Counted from the stretch's first letter, positions 47,640 to 59,291 are shown. The stretch: DNA of 64,000 bases from Lama guanicoe (GCA_013239625.1 MU057102.1:496001-560000); one strand, 5' to 3'. The notes: generated by a model not told the origin, from the sequence alone. Numbers and translations: made by a program.

Positions 47640-48300
47640 GAATTTCAAATAATTTTTATAATTTTGCGTCGTATTATCTCGGATCGCTGTTTGTCTCTGT
47701 TCCCGTGATTTGTTTGCTGATTGAGTTAAACGGTTAAGCTACAGTTTATTCACCCAGTAGCTGCTGCTTCTGCTTGCTGTTCAGAGTAAACAGTGCCGAG
47801 ATGACACACGGATACAGCTTTGAATGCTGACAAGCAGACGTGTTAGTCCAGCCCCAAAGCTGGAGACAGTGATGGGCTGGCAGATCAGACCTTCTGCCAA
47901 CGGTCTGAACCTCGTGGAAGGAAGGCACTCACAAAGCCACGTGGCCGTGGTCTCAGCTGGATCTCCACTGACATTTAGCACTTCAGTTTCCCATCTGACA
48001 GCCGAGACCGCATCTTGACGCACGTTGAAATCGTTCTGCCAAATTTGCCCCGTCATTAACTTTCAATCACTGTTAATTTTAGCCAGGGCTCTTAATTCAA
48101 GTTTTTGTCTTTGTCAAGTTGATGGAGATGGGTCTGCTTTTGGCCCTGGTGTGATGGTGGCAGGGCACTCCTTCACCCAGGACGGTAGAACGCCCTCCGA
48201 CACAGCTGGCGATGAAATGCCAAGCTGGCGATTTAACTAAATCAGCTCAGGAAGTTTACGTGTGGAGCCTGATTTGACAGGTCTGTTCTATAACAAGTCA
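47640..48300. promoter_or_regulatory. Candidate conserved non-coding element(s)
   Basis: Repeat-free AT-rich blocks with retained CpGs; tgtttg, gtaaaca, cattaa, ttaatt twice, tgacag; direct repeat agctggcgat at 48204 and 48223. Confidence 0.45.
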
Positions 48301-48500
48301 CCCCTGTGATGGCAGCATCCTGTCTCGTGGACATAAGGGACAATCCTGCCAGATGTTCCCATCCTCACCCTTAGGAGGAAGACACAGTGACTCCACCCTG
48401 GGGAGCGCTTGTAAATGAGATTTCAAAAATAGAACCCAACCCTTCCGCCATCTTCCCCTCTCCAAACAGGTTGCCAATATATGCATTTCCACGGTGAAGG

Positions 48501-48544
48501 ATACACACACACATACACACACACACATATGTGTATATATATAT
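48501..48544 (+). repeat. (CA)n/(TA)n compound microsatellite
   Basis: atacacacacacatacacacacacacatatgtgtatatatatat. Confidence 0.95.
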
Positions 48545-49484
48545 TTCCCTCTGCTTTTAGCTAAAATTCCTTAGACTGACCTGAAATTTTTAGAGAAGCA
48601 GGCTCATGTTTATTTATTACAGGTATATTTATATTAAATACAAGTGTGGGAAGCTGGTGGCTCTTCTTGGCCATGAAAATGAAACCAATTTGGTTGATGA
48701 AAATGACCTTGAAGGAAACTAACACCTCTGTTGGAATTGATTTGATTGCTTCTCTGCTGGCTGATGTTTATTATTGGGGGGTCCATTGAGGTAACTTAAA
48801 GCACCTATGGGGGGCGCCTTCCCTTCCCCACTCCTCAGAGAACTCCATGTGCCAGGCTTTGAACATGGTGTCCCTGGGTTACTCCCAGTCTCCACCACCC
48901 TCTCCAGGCCCACTCCCTACCCAAACGATCCCGGACAGCTAAGAATTAACCCGGGTCTGTCCCACCCAAGCTTAGGCCCATTCTGTGACCGTCTCATTGA
49001 GAGGAAAGGTCACGTTTCTTTTCTGGCCCTACTGTCCAGCATGGATGCAGATGGATGCTTGGCATTTATAATTGATCTTGGCTGAGACAGTCAGCAAAAG
49101 AGAGCCTCTTATCTGATCCCTCTCAATTTCCCAGTATCATACATAGACCGTCTTTGTCTGATCTGGTGTGATCAGTAGGTCGCTCACATTTAAAGCAGGA
49201 GTGTGCAGTCATTGTGGAAGTCTGTTGCCCTGGGTCCCTGTGCCTGGGAGGGTGGCTGAGGCTGCCAGGTTGGAGGGAGGCAGATTGGAGAATGGACCAG
49301 CTCTCCACGTGGACTTGCTTTGAAAATAAGGACTCTCTGAGAAATCACATGCAGTCTGTGAGTTGCCCCTAGTTTGTTGGTTTGCAGTGAGTTCGTGGGA
49401 GCTGGACAACTTGAGTCCTGGGCAGGGAAGAGGGAGGACAGGACGGCTGTTGAGTGCCTCTAGGGTGACTCTGGGAGCAGATGC

Positions 49485-49640
49485 AGCCTGTGTGGGCCCA
49501 TGAGGCAGAGCTGGGACCTATGGGAGACAAGTTCAGCTAAAGACGAGGGGGGCTTTGGGAGGTGGGGAGCTCCCCATCCTACGAGGTGTGCAAGCTAAAA
49601 GGCAGCTTGGCTGGGAAGCTGCAGCTATAGAGACATACAT
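49485..49640 (+). mobile_element. L3/CR1 3' fragment
   Basis: tgtgtgggccca...ggcagagctgggacctatggg...ggaggtggggagctccccatcct..gaggtgtgcaagc. Confidence 0.7.
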
Positions 49641-49689
49641 CCGCAGTGAGGCTTCATCCGCAGATGAGAGTTACAGGGTATTAGCCTCC

Positions 49690-49830
49690 CCACTAAACAG
49701 TCTTCTCACAGCAGGTATGCGGAAATTACCGGAGTCCCATTTTACAGATGGGATGCCGGAGGCTCGAGAGATGGGCAACTTGCGGAGACTCGTAGCTAGA
49801 GCGGGACAGAACTTGTAGACCCTGACGATT
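49690..49830 (-). mobile_element. MIR SINE core
   Basis: cccattttacagatgggatgccggaggctcgagag...aacttgc. Confidence 0.75.
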
Positions 49831-50859
49831 TGTGGACTCTTCTAAGCAGAGGCAGGGGACTCACTAGAAAGATGTCACTTTGTTTGCAGGATTTATACTA
49901 AGACCTCTGTGAATGTCCTACATTCATTTAGGCTGTGGCATGCTTAGAAAACATGGTGAAGACAGCTGGAGAAATTTGCTTTTTAGAAACCACCAAATGT
50001 TATTTTAAAAATGCTTTTCTTAAAATACTTAGTCTCAGACGTTCAAAGCACGACTGTGATGATTTGCCTCTTCCTGGGCCCGTTCCCCCTCCCCAGTCTG
50101 CTGGCAACCTTTCCCCCTCCAGCTGCCCAGAGCCCGGCTGGGGACAGGATTGGAGATGTGGGACGTTGCCAGTCCCAGGCCCCCGAAGGTTTCTCAGCAG
50201 CAGCTACTTCCAAAGTGTGAGCGTCCAGGACTGCCCAGGGAAGCAGTTTCTGGCGACGTCACCAGGAGAATCTCCTTCCAAGGGGCACAGTCTCCCAGAG
50301 GCCGCCCCGGCTATGAGTTCTCGGGTGCCAGATAAGGGCCGACGAGGCCAGGGTCACTGGTCTCAAAGATGTGCTCAACACCAGCCGGGGATTTGGGGCT
50401 TAACCTGAGCCTCCACGCAAGCCCGGCTCCATTTGAAGAGAGTCATTGCCCACGAATACGAATCTCGCCTGTGAGCTCCCCAGCTTTTTGGCTTCACAGA
50501 AAGAGCACTCACAGAGGGTGGGCTTTTGTTGTCAGTCTGGTTTTACAGAAGCTGAAGCTGCTGGGGCCCGTCAGCAGTCTCACTGGCGTTTCCTGTCCTG
50601 CTGGAGTCGCACTGGTGAGGTAGTGAGCTCCCCGGGGCTGTGGCGAGCGTGCTGAGTGGGGCAGGGATTCTGCGCTTGGAGAAGCTGGGTGTCTTCCAAA
50701 GTGTGGAACTTCTGCTGCCGAGGAGGGACGAGGACAGGTGTGCCGAGTGACCCTGGGGCCTGAAAGGGGATGGCAGGCCTCTTTCTCTTCCCCATCCTGA
50801 TTGTAGGGGAGCGGCTTGGCTTCTGGCGAGCACGCCCCTGACAGCTGAAGCGAGGGCAG

Positions 50860-51135
50860 GCCCAGGGTCCTGGCTTATCGTGGGTAAACCACACGCAGAA
50901 GGAGGGGACGCATCGTTTGCGTTGTTCGCGCTGCAGTTGCCGTCCGCTGACCTCCACGTCAGCCATGCTCACTTTTCTGTTTATGGAAGTGGTGTGAAAG
51001 TTTCCTGATGAAGAAACGGAAGTGGGGTGGTTTAAGACAACTTACTAAGGTGCCTCCGGGCGGGCGGTTCCGGTACTGCTGTTGCACGTGGCCCCTGAAT
51101 GGTCAGATGTGGGTTTCTTGAACCGCGCGCGTGGC
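50860..51135. promoter_or_regulatory. CpG-rich candidate enhancer with ETS/RUNX/CRE-like/E-box cluster
   Basis: AACCACA 50887, CCACGTCA 50954, GGAAGT 50985, GAAAGTTTCC 50996, CGGAAGTG 51017, TTCCGG 51068, CACGTG 51085. Confidence 0.5.
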
Positions 51136-52739
51136 TGCCTGATGCTGATGGGGATTCCTGGCCCTGTTTGGATGGGACAGGGTGGCCACCTTGACCTGAG
51201 GCCCAGCTGAGAGAGTGTTCGGCACAGGGACTCTGAGAGAGACACGGAGCCCGGGGCCGGGATGTGAGCCCCGAGGGAGTAGGCGATGCTCAAGGCCATC
51301 GGGCGTTAGGGGCAGCCTCTCCACGGAGGATGCCAAAGGCCTCCCCACAGCAGCTGCACCTAAAAGATCCCCTTTTAGCAGAAAGCCCACTTGCCCACAG
51401 CCATCTTCCTCGTCCTCCTCCCTGGTGAAGGCTGATTCCCCCATAAGCGTGGCATCCCTGGCGAAGGGTGGGTGAGTGAGAGGGGTCTGGATGCAAAAGG
51501 AAGCCAGCCTCCAGCTGCCCCCACCCTTTCTTAGGCAAAGCATGATTTAAACCATCTTTGAAAGCGTGCCCCAGTACAGGGGACACCCGTAGCTCTAAGC
51601 CTCCCGAGACGTCCTGATGGGCGGCACAGGGTCATCCCCCGCCCTCTTCTGCCGCGGCAGCACCAGCTCTGGCCTGCAGCCGCCTGCAGCTGGAGGACCT
51701 ACTGTGTGCCAAGCGCCGGGGCGGCAGGATGGGCAAGCCTTTGGTCCCAGTTTCCCAGGAGGGACGGCCGCCCCGGTGACCTGTCGGAGGAGGCAGGATG
51801 CCAAGCAGTCAGCAGTGACGACGAGGAACAGACCGCCTTCACGGCACCGGTCCCTCCCAATGCCAGAGCTGTGGGCACCAAGCCCACCGGGGGGTAGGAA
51901 GCAGGCTGGGGAATGAGGGTAGGATGCGAGGGAGAAAGTGACGCAGGTCACAAGACTCGGCATCACCGGGAAAGCCTGAGACAGGAGAGGCCCCGAGGCC
52001 TCGGAGGACCCTGAAGGGTGGGTGGCGTCACGTGGGTTGGAAGAAGCATTTTAGGGCAAGGAGTAGGGTGAGCCAGGCCCCAAAGCAGGGCAAAGCTGAT
52101 GCCTGGAGCTGAGTGCAGGAGTGATGGGGGTCTTGGTCCCGCAGACCTTGTCTGCCAGGGAGGGGTCCAGGCAGTGGGAGACTGGGGGGAGGAAGGGGTG
52201 CCCGCGCCTGGGAGTGGGGCCTCACCGTCCTCATTTGCGTTCATGTAGCATCACTGGTTGTGAAGTGAGTTCCCTAGTGACATCTCCAGGCTGCGCCCAC
52301 ATCTGTTGGCCCAGTGAGGCAGAGACCAGGCCCCTCGGATAGGGCCCCGAGACTGGTCAAGGCCACGAGAGGAGCTTGACACTGATCTCCTGCCCACCCT
52401 GCCGGGCAACTGGAAAGGGCTTATTGGTCCTGTAGACTGACTGGGTCTCAGACTGGTCTGTAGATCCTGAAATAGGGTGGAAAACTGTGCCCATGTGCCT
52501 GGGTGTTTATAGCTGTCCTGAGCTCTTTAACAGGGGTCCCCTCCAGAGGAGATGTCAGAGTCACTGTCCTTTAGGTGAGAGGGCAGGTGTCACTGACCGT
52601 TTGCACTTGGGACCCAGTGTGCAGTCACTGCGGGGGGTCAGACTGCAGGTCTGGAGAGTGGGCTGGGGTGCTGCCCAGGGGTCCAGGGAGGGAGGAGGGA
52701 GGGGGCTGGGCTCTGGTGGGCAGGTGGGAGTCTCCTGCA

Positions 52740-52975
52740 GACATAGGGCTCTGTGCCAGAGACATTTAAAGACCCACAGGAATGTTTTAATTTCCTTTAA
52801 ATTCAGAAGATGAGAAATAAATTTTTAAGTCAGGGAAATGTTTTGATATATAATATGAATATATTCTTCTTTATACCACTGCAGCTGTAAAATGGAATTG
52901 TTAATATGTTTTTATGGAGGAAGTGGCCCACGAGGGCCCAGTGCCTCAGGCCCCCCGAGGTCATTTTGGACCCCA
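52740..52975. mobile_element. hAT-Tip100-type DNA transposon (MER96B-like)
   Basis: aatgttttaatttcctttaaattcagaag...ttttatggaggaagtggcccacgagggcc..gtgcct.aggccc follows a recalled Tip100-class consensus. Confidence 0.6.
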
Positions 52976-53489
52976 GATGGCTAAGAGAAGTGGATTCCAG
53001 GAACAGGGACAGAATGGTCCCTCCCCCCGGCCTTCTCAGAAGATAAATTAGTCTTCACACAGCTCAGATGGTCCCTGGTGGCTTCCTCCCAAGCTGGTAT
53101 CTGATCCACCAGCCCCCTTCCTTCCTGGCAATTCTGAGGGACGGGCCTTGGTGGGCGACCGGCCTGCCTGGACTCTGTAAGGCCAAGCGACCTTGTTTAG
53201 GGGCTGCTGTGGCCGGAATCTGGGCCTTCCCTGTCGGATGCAGCCAAAGGCTCTCTCTTTCACCACCTGCTTTCCCTTTGCTCCCGGCTCCCCTGTTCTG
53301 ATGTGACAGCATTGCTTCCAAAGAGAAATTCCTGGAAGGAGTGAACACGTGCTTTTCTGACTGGGAACTGGTGGGGGGTGGGCACTGAAGCCTGGGGAGG
53401 CATTTTTGTTTCAAAAACAGGATCAGCAACGTCCCCCCACCTCCAGGAGCCACCCCAGGGCACGTTTTATGTCTTGAGAAGTGTGGCCC

Positions 53490-53875
53490 AGCAGCATCAC
53501 AGCTTATCCAATTACCTTTTATTACCATAAACAGGTCTGAAAAACACCAGCTCTTCCAGGTAGACACACAAGCATTGTTTTGAACAGCAAAGGCTAAAAG
53601 AAAAAAAAATCCCACAATTTCATTAAAATTTTTACTTACAGTGATTATTAAAAAGGAGTGAAGAGTGAAATTAAAATTCAGTCATGTCAGGTCATGAGAA
53701 ATGGAGAGTAAACAATATTTTTAAACGATAGCCGAGGTGGAGAAGTCTACCAGGACCCACCTATTAAAATTCACATTATCTCTTAAACAGATTTGATGTA
53801 AGAATGCCGTTTTCCATAGATCGGTAATGTTCCTACATTTATTTCCTGCCGACTGATTTTGATTTATAGGGGTCC
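53490..53875. promoter_or_regulatory. Candidate conserved non-coding element
   Basis: Strongly AT-rich island with no repeat match; ccaatta, ttttatta, cataaa, attaaaa repeated, gtaaaca, tgatttata. Confidence 0.45.
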
Positions 53876-54253
53876 TTTCAAACTTGGTTCTCAGCTCTCT
53901 TCTCTTCGGGACACTGGGCTTCATGCCTGTGAAGGGCGGCTGGCTGGTGGGGGCGCCGGGCTTTCTCGCACTAGCTCTCTGGTCAGGCACCACCCACAGT
54001 GGGTAACCTGTCATTAACCCAGGGGGACCCTGGGGAGGGGGTGAGTAGGGACCCCTGGGGGCTGAGCTGCTGTGTGGAGCCTCCCAATTCCTCCTCCTGG
54101 CTGAGGCCCCTCTGAAGGGGCGCCTGGGCGGTGGGACGAGTACCTAACTGTGGAGTCAGGCAGCCCCCGGTGGAGACCCCAGCCCTGCCTGTTCCCAGCT
54201 GTCACCTCCAACAAGCTGAGCCTCAGTGGCCTCATCTGGAAAATGCCTGTGCC

Positions 54254-54692
54254 TGTGTCAGTGTCCTAGGGCCACCGTACAGATGACTGCACACTGAGTG
54301 GTTAGACAACCGGAATGTATTCTCTCCCCGTGCCGGGGGCCAGACGTCCAAGATCGCAGGGTCGGCCGGGCTAGTTCCCTCTGAGGCTGAGGGGGAGGCT
54401 CTGTTCCAGGCCCCTCTCCAGCTCTAGGGGGGGTGTGCCAGCCATCTCTGGGGTTCCTTGGCTGGTAGACGTGTTACCCTGATCTCTGCCTCCACCTTCC
54501 CGTGGCCTTCTCCCTGAGTCAGCTCTCCTTTTCTTCATAAGGACACTTGTCACGGGGTTTCAGGCCCTCACGTAATCCAGGAAGATCTCATCTCGATCTT
54601 CAGTTACATCCTCAAAGGCCCTTTTCCCCAAAACGATCACATGCACAGGCTCCAGGTGGACATACTTTGGGGGCGGCATTCAGTCCATCACA
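54254..54692 (-). mobile_element. MLT1C-like solo LTR
   Basis: TG...CA termini (tgtgtcagtgtcctagggcc...cattcagtccatcaca); ataaggacacttgtca; taatccagga.gatctcatctc. Confidence 0.9.
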
Positions 54693-54945
54693 CCCAGGGT
54701 CTGTCGGGGCCCAGCGGGGGCCCCAGCCTTCACTGGAGGTGGGCAGAGGGCTCCAGAAGTCTTTCCAGACGGACACGCCTGCGGGGCGTCCCTAGGAGGA
54801 GCGGGGGTGTGCCTGCCCGGTGAGGGGAGGAGGACGGGAGAGGCCAGGGATGTTACAGGAACAGGAAGCTGAAGGCCGAGCCAGGAAGAGTGGGATAAAG
54901 GTGCAGGCCAGGTGTGAAGGGGTGGTGCTTGTTCAAGGTGGGCGG

Positions 54946-54999
54946 GTCCTCCCTGATTGGCAGGTCCTGCCTGATTGGCACGTCCTCTCTGCCTGGCCG
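54946..54999. repeat. 18-bp tandem repeat (two good units, one degenerate) carrying CCAAT boxes
   Basis: gtcctccctgattggcag / gtcctgcctgattggcac / gtcctctctgcctggccg. Confidence 0.8.
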
Positions 55000-55564
55000 G
55001 CACTAGTTCATTCGTCCTCTCATTCATTCCCCAACACCTGCCACGTGCTGACACAAAGGCGAGGCTGGAGACCGGGCTTTGGATGCTCCTGGAGTCAGTC
55101 TGTGCAATCGTTTTGAGGCCTTGGGAATAAATCAACCTTCATGTAGCTTTTTGTTTGGACGAGGGCTTTCAGAGGAGTGGCGAGACTGGAACTGTAAAAC
55201 ATCCAATGCAAAGCCCGTGGGGCGAGTGTCTACTGGGGACCTGGCTGGGTCATGGCGAGCTGGGGCGGGAGGGATGCTGCGGCCACCCTGGCGGCCCCCA
55301 GCCCAGCCTGGCTCCTGGCCCGACCCACCAAGGCCGGGGAGAGCCTGTCAGCACGGAGCATACAGCACTGAGCCAGGGAGAGCGTCGCCCTTGGGCAGCA
55401 CTGGGGGCCGTGAGCCCCGGACGTTCACTGCGAGGGGGCAGCTCTGCACCCATTGGATTGGGCACCTCCGAGGCCAAAGCTGGGGATGGGCGTTTGGTCA
55501 CAGAGGGATGCCCGGGGTGAAGGGCCTCCTTTTTCCCAGCCAGTCCCCTGGGGGCCTTGGGGCC

Positions 55565-55755
55565 ACATTGTGGAATCACAGTACTGGGCTTGGGGCAAGC
55601 AGACCCCTGCTCCGTGTGCCTCAACTTCCACACCTGCAAAATGGGGACAAAGTGGTTCCCAGCCACCAGGGCTATGAGGAGGATTAAATCAGATAACGTC
55701 TGTCAAGTGCTTAGCACAGGGCCCAGGACAGAGTAAATCAATATTATTTCAATGA
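55565..55755 (+). mobile_element. MIR SINE
   Basis: tgcctcaacttccacacctgcaaaatgggga...gaggattaaatcagataac...aagtgcttagcacag. Confidence 0.85.
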
Positions 55756-57049
55756 ACAGTGAGGATAAAGAGGAGATTTTCTCGGCTCGGGCACGCAGGG
55801 GATGCACACGGCTGCTGCCCATGTGCTGTGGACTCTGTGGGCCGGACGTTGGTCTCAAAGCCACACCTGCCTCCCCGGGAGGCTGGGCAGCTGCGTAAGG
55901 AAATGGGGTTAGGGGACTTTAGGGGCCACGCGTGCCTCTGCGTATGACGGCACTTCCGCTGCTCTGGGTGACGAGCGTCCCGCCAGCATGGACACCACAG
56001 GGGCCAGGAGAGCCCCCGAGGACCCTGCTTTGGGGGAGCCTGCATCTTACTGTCTCTCCCAGGGACAAGGGGTCGTGGCCACTAGTGGGCGGGGTCACGG
56101 GTTCAAGTCCACGGCTCCGGTGAGTTGTTCTTTTTCTTGCCTCCAATGCCTTTTTCTCTTACATCCCGGCCCGTGTGTGGCCCCCACGTCCTGGGGACGC
56201 CTAGGCAGGGCCTTCCCATCATGCGGAGGGAGCCCGCCGTTGCTGCTGTTCTGATGGGCGTGTGTGCTCAGATCCATGCTGCCCTGTCTGCCTTGTTTGG
56301 CCAACATCCTTTCTGTGCACCCATGTCATTCCTCCTGGAAGGGAGAGGAATGCGTGCCCTCCCACCCCAGACCCTTTTCACAAACCCTCCTCTGCCCTCC
56401 TCAACCCCCCACATGCCGTGCTGTCCTCAGACTGCCTCGTTGTGTCGGCAAAAGCTTCTGAAACGAGGGACTCTCTGAAGGGTCTTCTGCCTTCTGCATG
56501 TGCAGAGAGCTGTCTTTTCTTCCCAGAGCCTCCCCTGCTCCTGGAAGTGGTGGCCTGTCGCTCTCGCCTTTCCTAAGCGTGGGGGTTGGCGGGGGAGGCT
56601 GCACGGTCACCCCAGCGAGATGGAGCGAGGTGGGCTTGCTGGGCGGCTCCGACTTCCGCTCCTCTAGCTGGGCCACCGCCGGGGCCCTGGCAGCCAGGAC
56701 AGAATGGCCAGATGAGGTCACAGCTTTGTGGGAAGAAAGGGACCCTATTTGGGGCCGGTGACTCAGCCCGAGGCATGGCATCATCGAGGGCGGCTGGCCT
56801 CTGTCTCACCCTAGTTGTTGAGGAGGGAAGGGACGGTCATTTGTCCAGCCCTCCTTGGTTGAGACAGGCAGCGTGCCAGGCCCTCTGCTAATGTGATCAC
56901 ACTTCATCAGCTCAGCTGCTCGGAGACGTGTGGCCGTTGTCCTCCAGTGTTGCAGACGAGGAAGTGATGCTAGGGTGAGAGGGACATCACATAGCAATGA
57001 GGGTTCACGTGCAGGCTGGGCCGGCTCCACAGCGGTGCACCTTTCCCTG

Positions 57050-57300
57050 CAGTGGGCCTCACCCTAGTGCTGGGATTCAGGGCAGAGCAGGTGGTGAGGG
57101 GATGGGGCCCAGCCCCCAAAGACCATGCCTGCTGAGGGAAAAGTGGGTATCATCAAAAGCCAGCAACCTAGTCTGGAGACATCCTGGAGGGCCTCCTGGA
57201 GGAGGTGGCAGCTATGCTGGTCCTGTAGGTGGAGAGGTACAGGGGTCTGTGCCAGGGGAGGCAGAAGAATGGGCCCAGAGGTGGCCAGATGTGCCTATGG
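57050..57300 (-). mobile_element. L2 LINE fragment
   Basis: agtgctgggattcag...ggagggcctcctggaggaggtggca. Confidence 0.55.
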
Positions 57301-57515
57301 TGGTGAGTAGGTAGGTCTGACCGCTGACGGGTTGATTTACAAACTTCTCAGAGTATTTCAGTGTACACAGTAGCATCTCACCTACACCTCATCTACACAC
57401 GATGTTTCTCACACTAAACAAGCTCTGGCCAGACCAGGAGATTCAAAACAGTACTTCCTGGAGACAGCACATGCCGACTCCTGCCCAGCCCCAACCTGCA
57501 TCTGGCTCTTACTGC

Positions 57516-57658
57516 AACCCTATTTGTACCCGAACCTTAAACCCAACCCTACCCCCAAGCCTAATCTCCACCCTAACCCTCACACTAACTCTAATCCCAG
57601 ACCCTCCCCCTGGCCCTGCCCACGAGCCTCGCCCTACCCCTAGCCCAGAGCCTGAGCA
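57516..57658. repeat. Degenerate (CCCTAA)n-like hexamer repeat
   Basis: In-phase hexamers from 57528: acccga acctta aaccca acccta ccccca agccta atctcc acccta accctc acacta actcta atccca. Confidence 0.8.
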
Positions 57659-57659
57659 C

Positions 57660-57830
57660 CGCTGTGCTCACTGCGCCCCTCCAGACTCACTGCATCTTCG
57701 CTCCAGCTCTGGAAGCCGGCAGCATCGCTCCCGTGTCACAGGTGAGGAACTTGAGGCTCCAAGAGGTGAGGCCGGGAGAACACGGCTCAGACGCTGTGGA
57801 GACAGGGTTCAGACCTGACCCTTCGGGCTC
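57660..57830 (-). mobile_element. MIR SINE
   Basis: cccgtgtcacaggtgaggaacttgaggctcc...cagggttcagacct. Confidence 0.7.
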
Positions 57831-59100
57831 CGGGAACGTGGTCCTCCCCCTGTGAAGTCCTCCAGGCTCTGCGGAGTCGCCTGGAGCCAGGGGCTGGGGC
57901 ACTGCCTCAGGAGGGAGAGCTGGCAGCTGCGGGCACCCGGGGAGTCTGCCCTGTGGACGGAAGGCCAACAGCTTTGACAAGTACTTCCTTGGTCCACGTG
58001 GGCGTGAGAACCTCCAGGGAGGCTCCCGGGGCATGTGGGATTCCGCCAGCCTGGAGCATCAGGGAGGGCTTCACAGAGTGGTGGTGGTGGGGTGGCAGCA
58101 GTGAGTCAGCGCCGGCCGGTGGCCTGAGCCGGCAGCCCTGGGTGTCTGCAGCGCGTTGGTGGGATTGACCGAGCCGGACCTTGGAGAAGCAGCACCCGCC
58201 ACGTGGCCTTCTGAGCCTAACGGGCTCCCTCTCTCTCCCCTCCGTGGTCTTAGCAGGATCCCTCCCTCTGGTGAATAAACGCAGAGTCGGTTTCTCTTAA
58301 ATGGAGAGAAACCGACTTCCCTGTGAGGGATTCATCCCGGGTGGAGGCACCCAGCGCCGAGCCCAGGGGCCTTCCTGGGGGCCTGGGGCATCGGCCGGTC
58401 CATCTGGCTTGTGGGTCAGCAGGAAGTCCCCTCCTCTCTTGCTCAGGCTGGGGAGGGCTCCACAGGGTGCTCTTCTAGAAAGATCCACGGTCTTGGCCTC
58501 AAACCTCCAGCTCTGCTGTCTCTCGAGTGCGCCTTTGGGGTGGCCACTGTCCCCTCCCACCTCAGCTTCTAATCTGGGACATGAGAAGGACGGTGCTTCC
58601 CCGAGGGAGCTGCTTCAGGGCCCGGGCAGCCCGGCTGAGGTAGGAAGGGATTTCTCAGTGGCCTTCACTGGGGGAAAGGAAGTGGACATTCATTGAGCAC
58701 CAACTGAATGCTTTCCTCAGGGTCTAGTCTTTGCCCACCACGCATGCCAGCCCCACTGGCATGAAAATGAGCACCTGTCTCATGTTTTGAGGGTGGGAGG
58801 GAGGACCGTGGCCAGACATGAGGGCATCCTTCACTGGAGGTGACACACCCTGGAGTGGCCCCGGGGCCCACAGTGACACACATGTGCACACACGCCCCTG
58901 ATGCTGGAGGTGGAATGGCTGATAAAGCCGGTGGTTCAAAGAGTTGCAGGTAGTGAGAGGTGTCCAGGGAAGACCTCCCCCTCCCTCCTGCCACCCCGCT
59001 CCCTACAAAGGGCACCACACTAAAAAGGTTTTTATATTCCCCTCCACCGTGCCATCACACGTCTTCAAGCGGAAATGAATATAGATTGTTATCCCCCTCT

Positions 59101-59210
59101 TTTTGGGGGGGTGTTGTAACTGGTTTTACTTATTTATTTAGTAGGGGTCCTGGGGATCGAACCCAGGACCTGGTGCAAAGAGAGGCATGTGCTCTACCGC
59201 TGCCCCTTCT
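59101..59210 (-). mobile_element. tRNA-derived SINE of camelid type (Vic-1-like)
   Basis: Minus strand reads agcggtagagcacatgc...aggtcctgggttcgatccccagg (B-box GGTTCGATCC), then aaataaataagtaaaacc...cccccccaaaa. Confidence 0.8.
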
Positions 59211-59211
59211 C

Positions 59212-59291
59212 ATTTTTTTCATCGAAGCAAAATTCGAGTAGCATAAACCCCATCATTTAACCATTTTGAAGTGCTCAGTGCAGTGGCTTTG
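59212..59291 (-). mobile_element. Short L1MB-type 3' terminus
   Basis: tttttttcatcgaagcaaaattc...cataaa...ttaaccattttgaagtg...cagtggcttt. Confidence 0.7.

Noticed and set aside
57402-57818. ORF with a TLTLTL and Pro-rich segment
   Set aside because: It is a translation of the hexamer repeat and a MIR.
59140-59205. tRNA gene
   Set aside because: It has a B-box but no cloverleaf, and it carries a SINE-type AT-rich tail.
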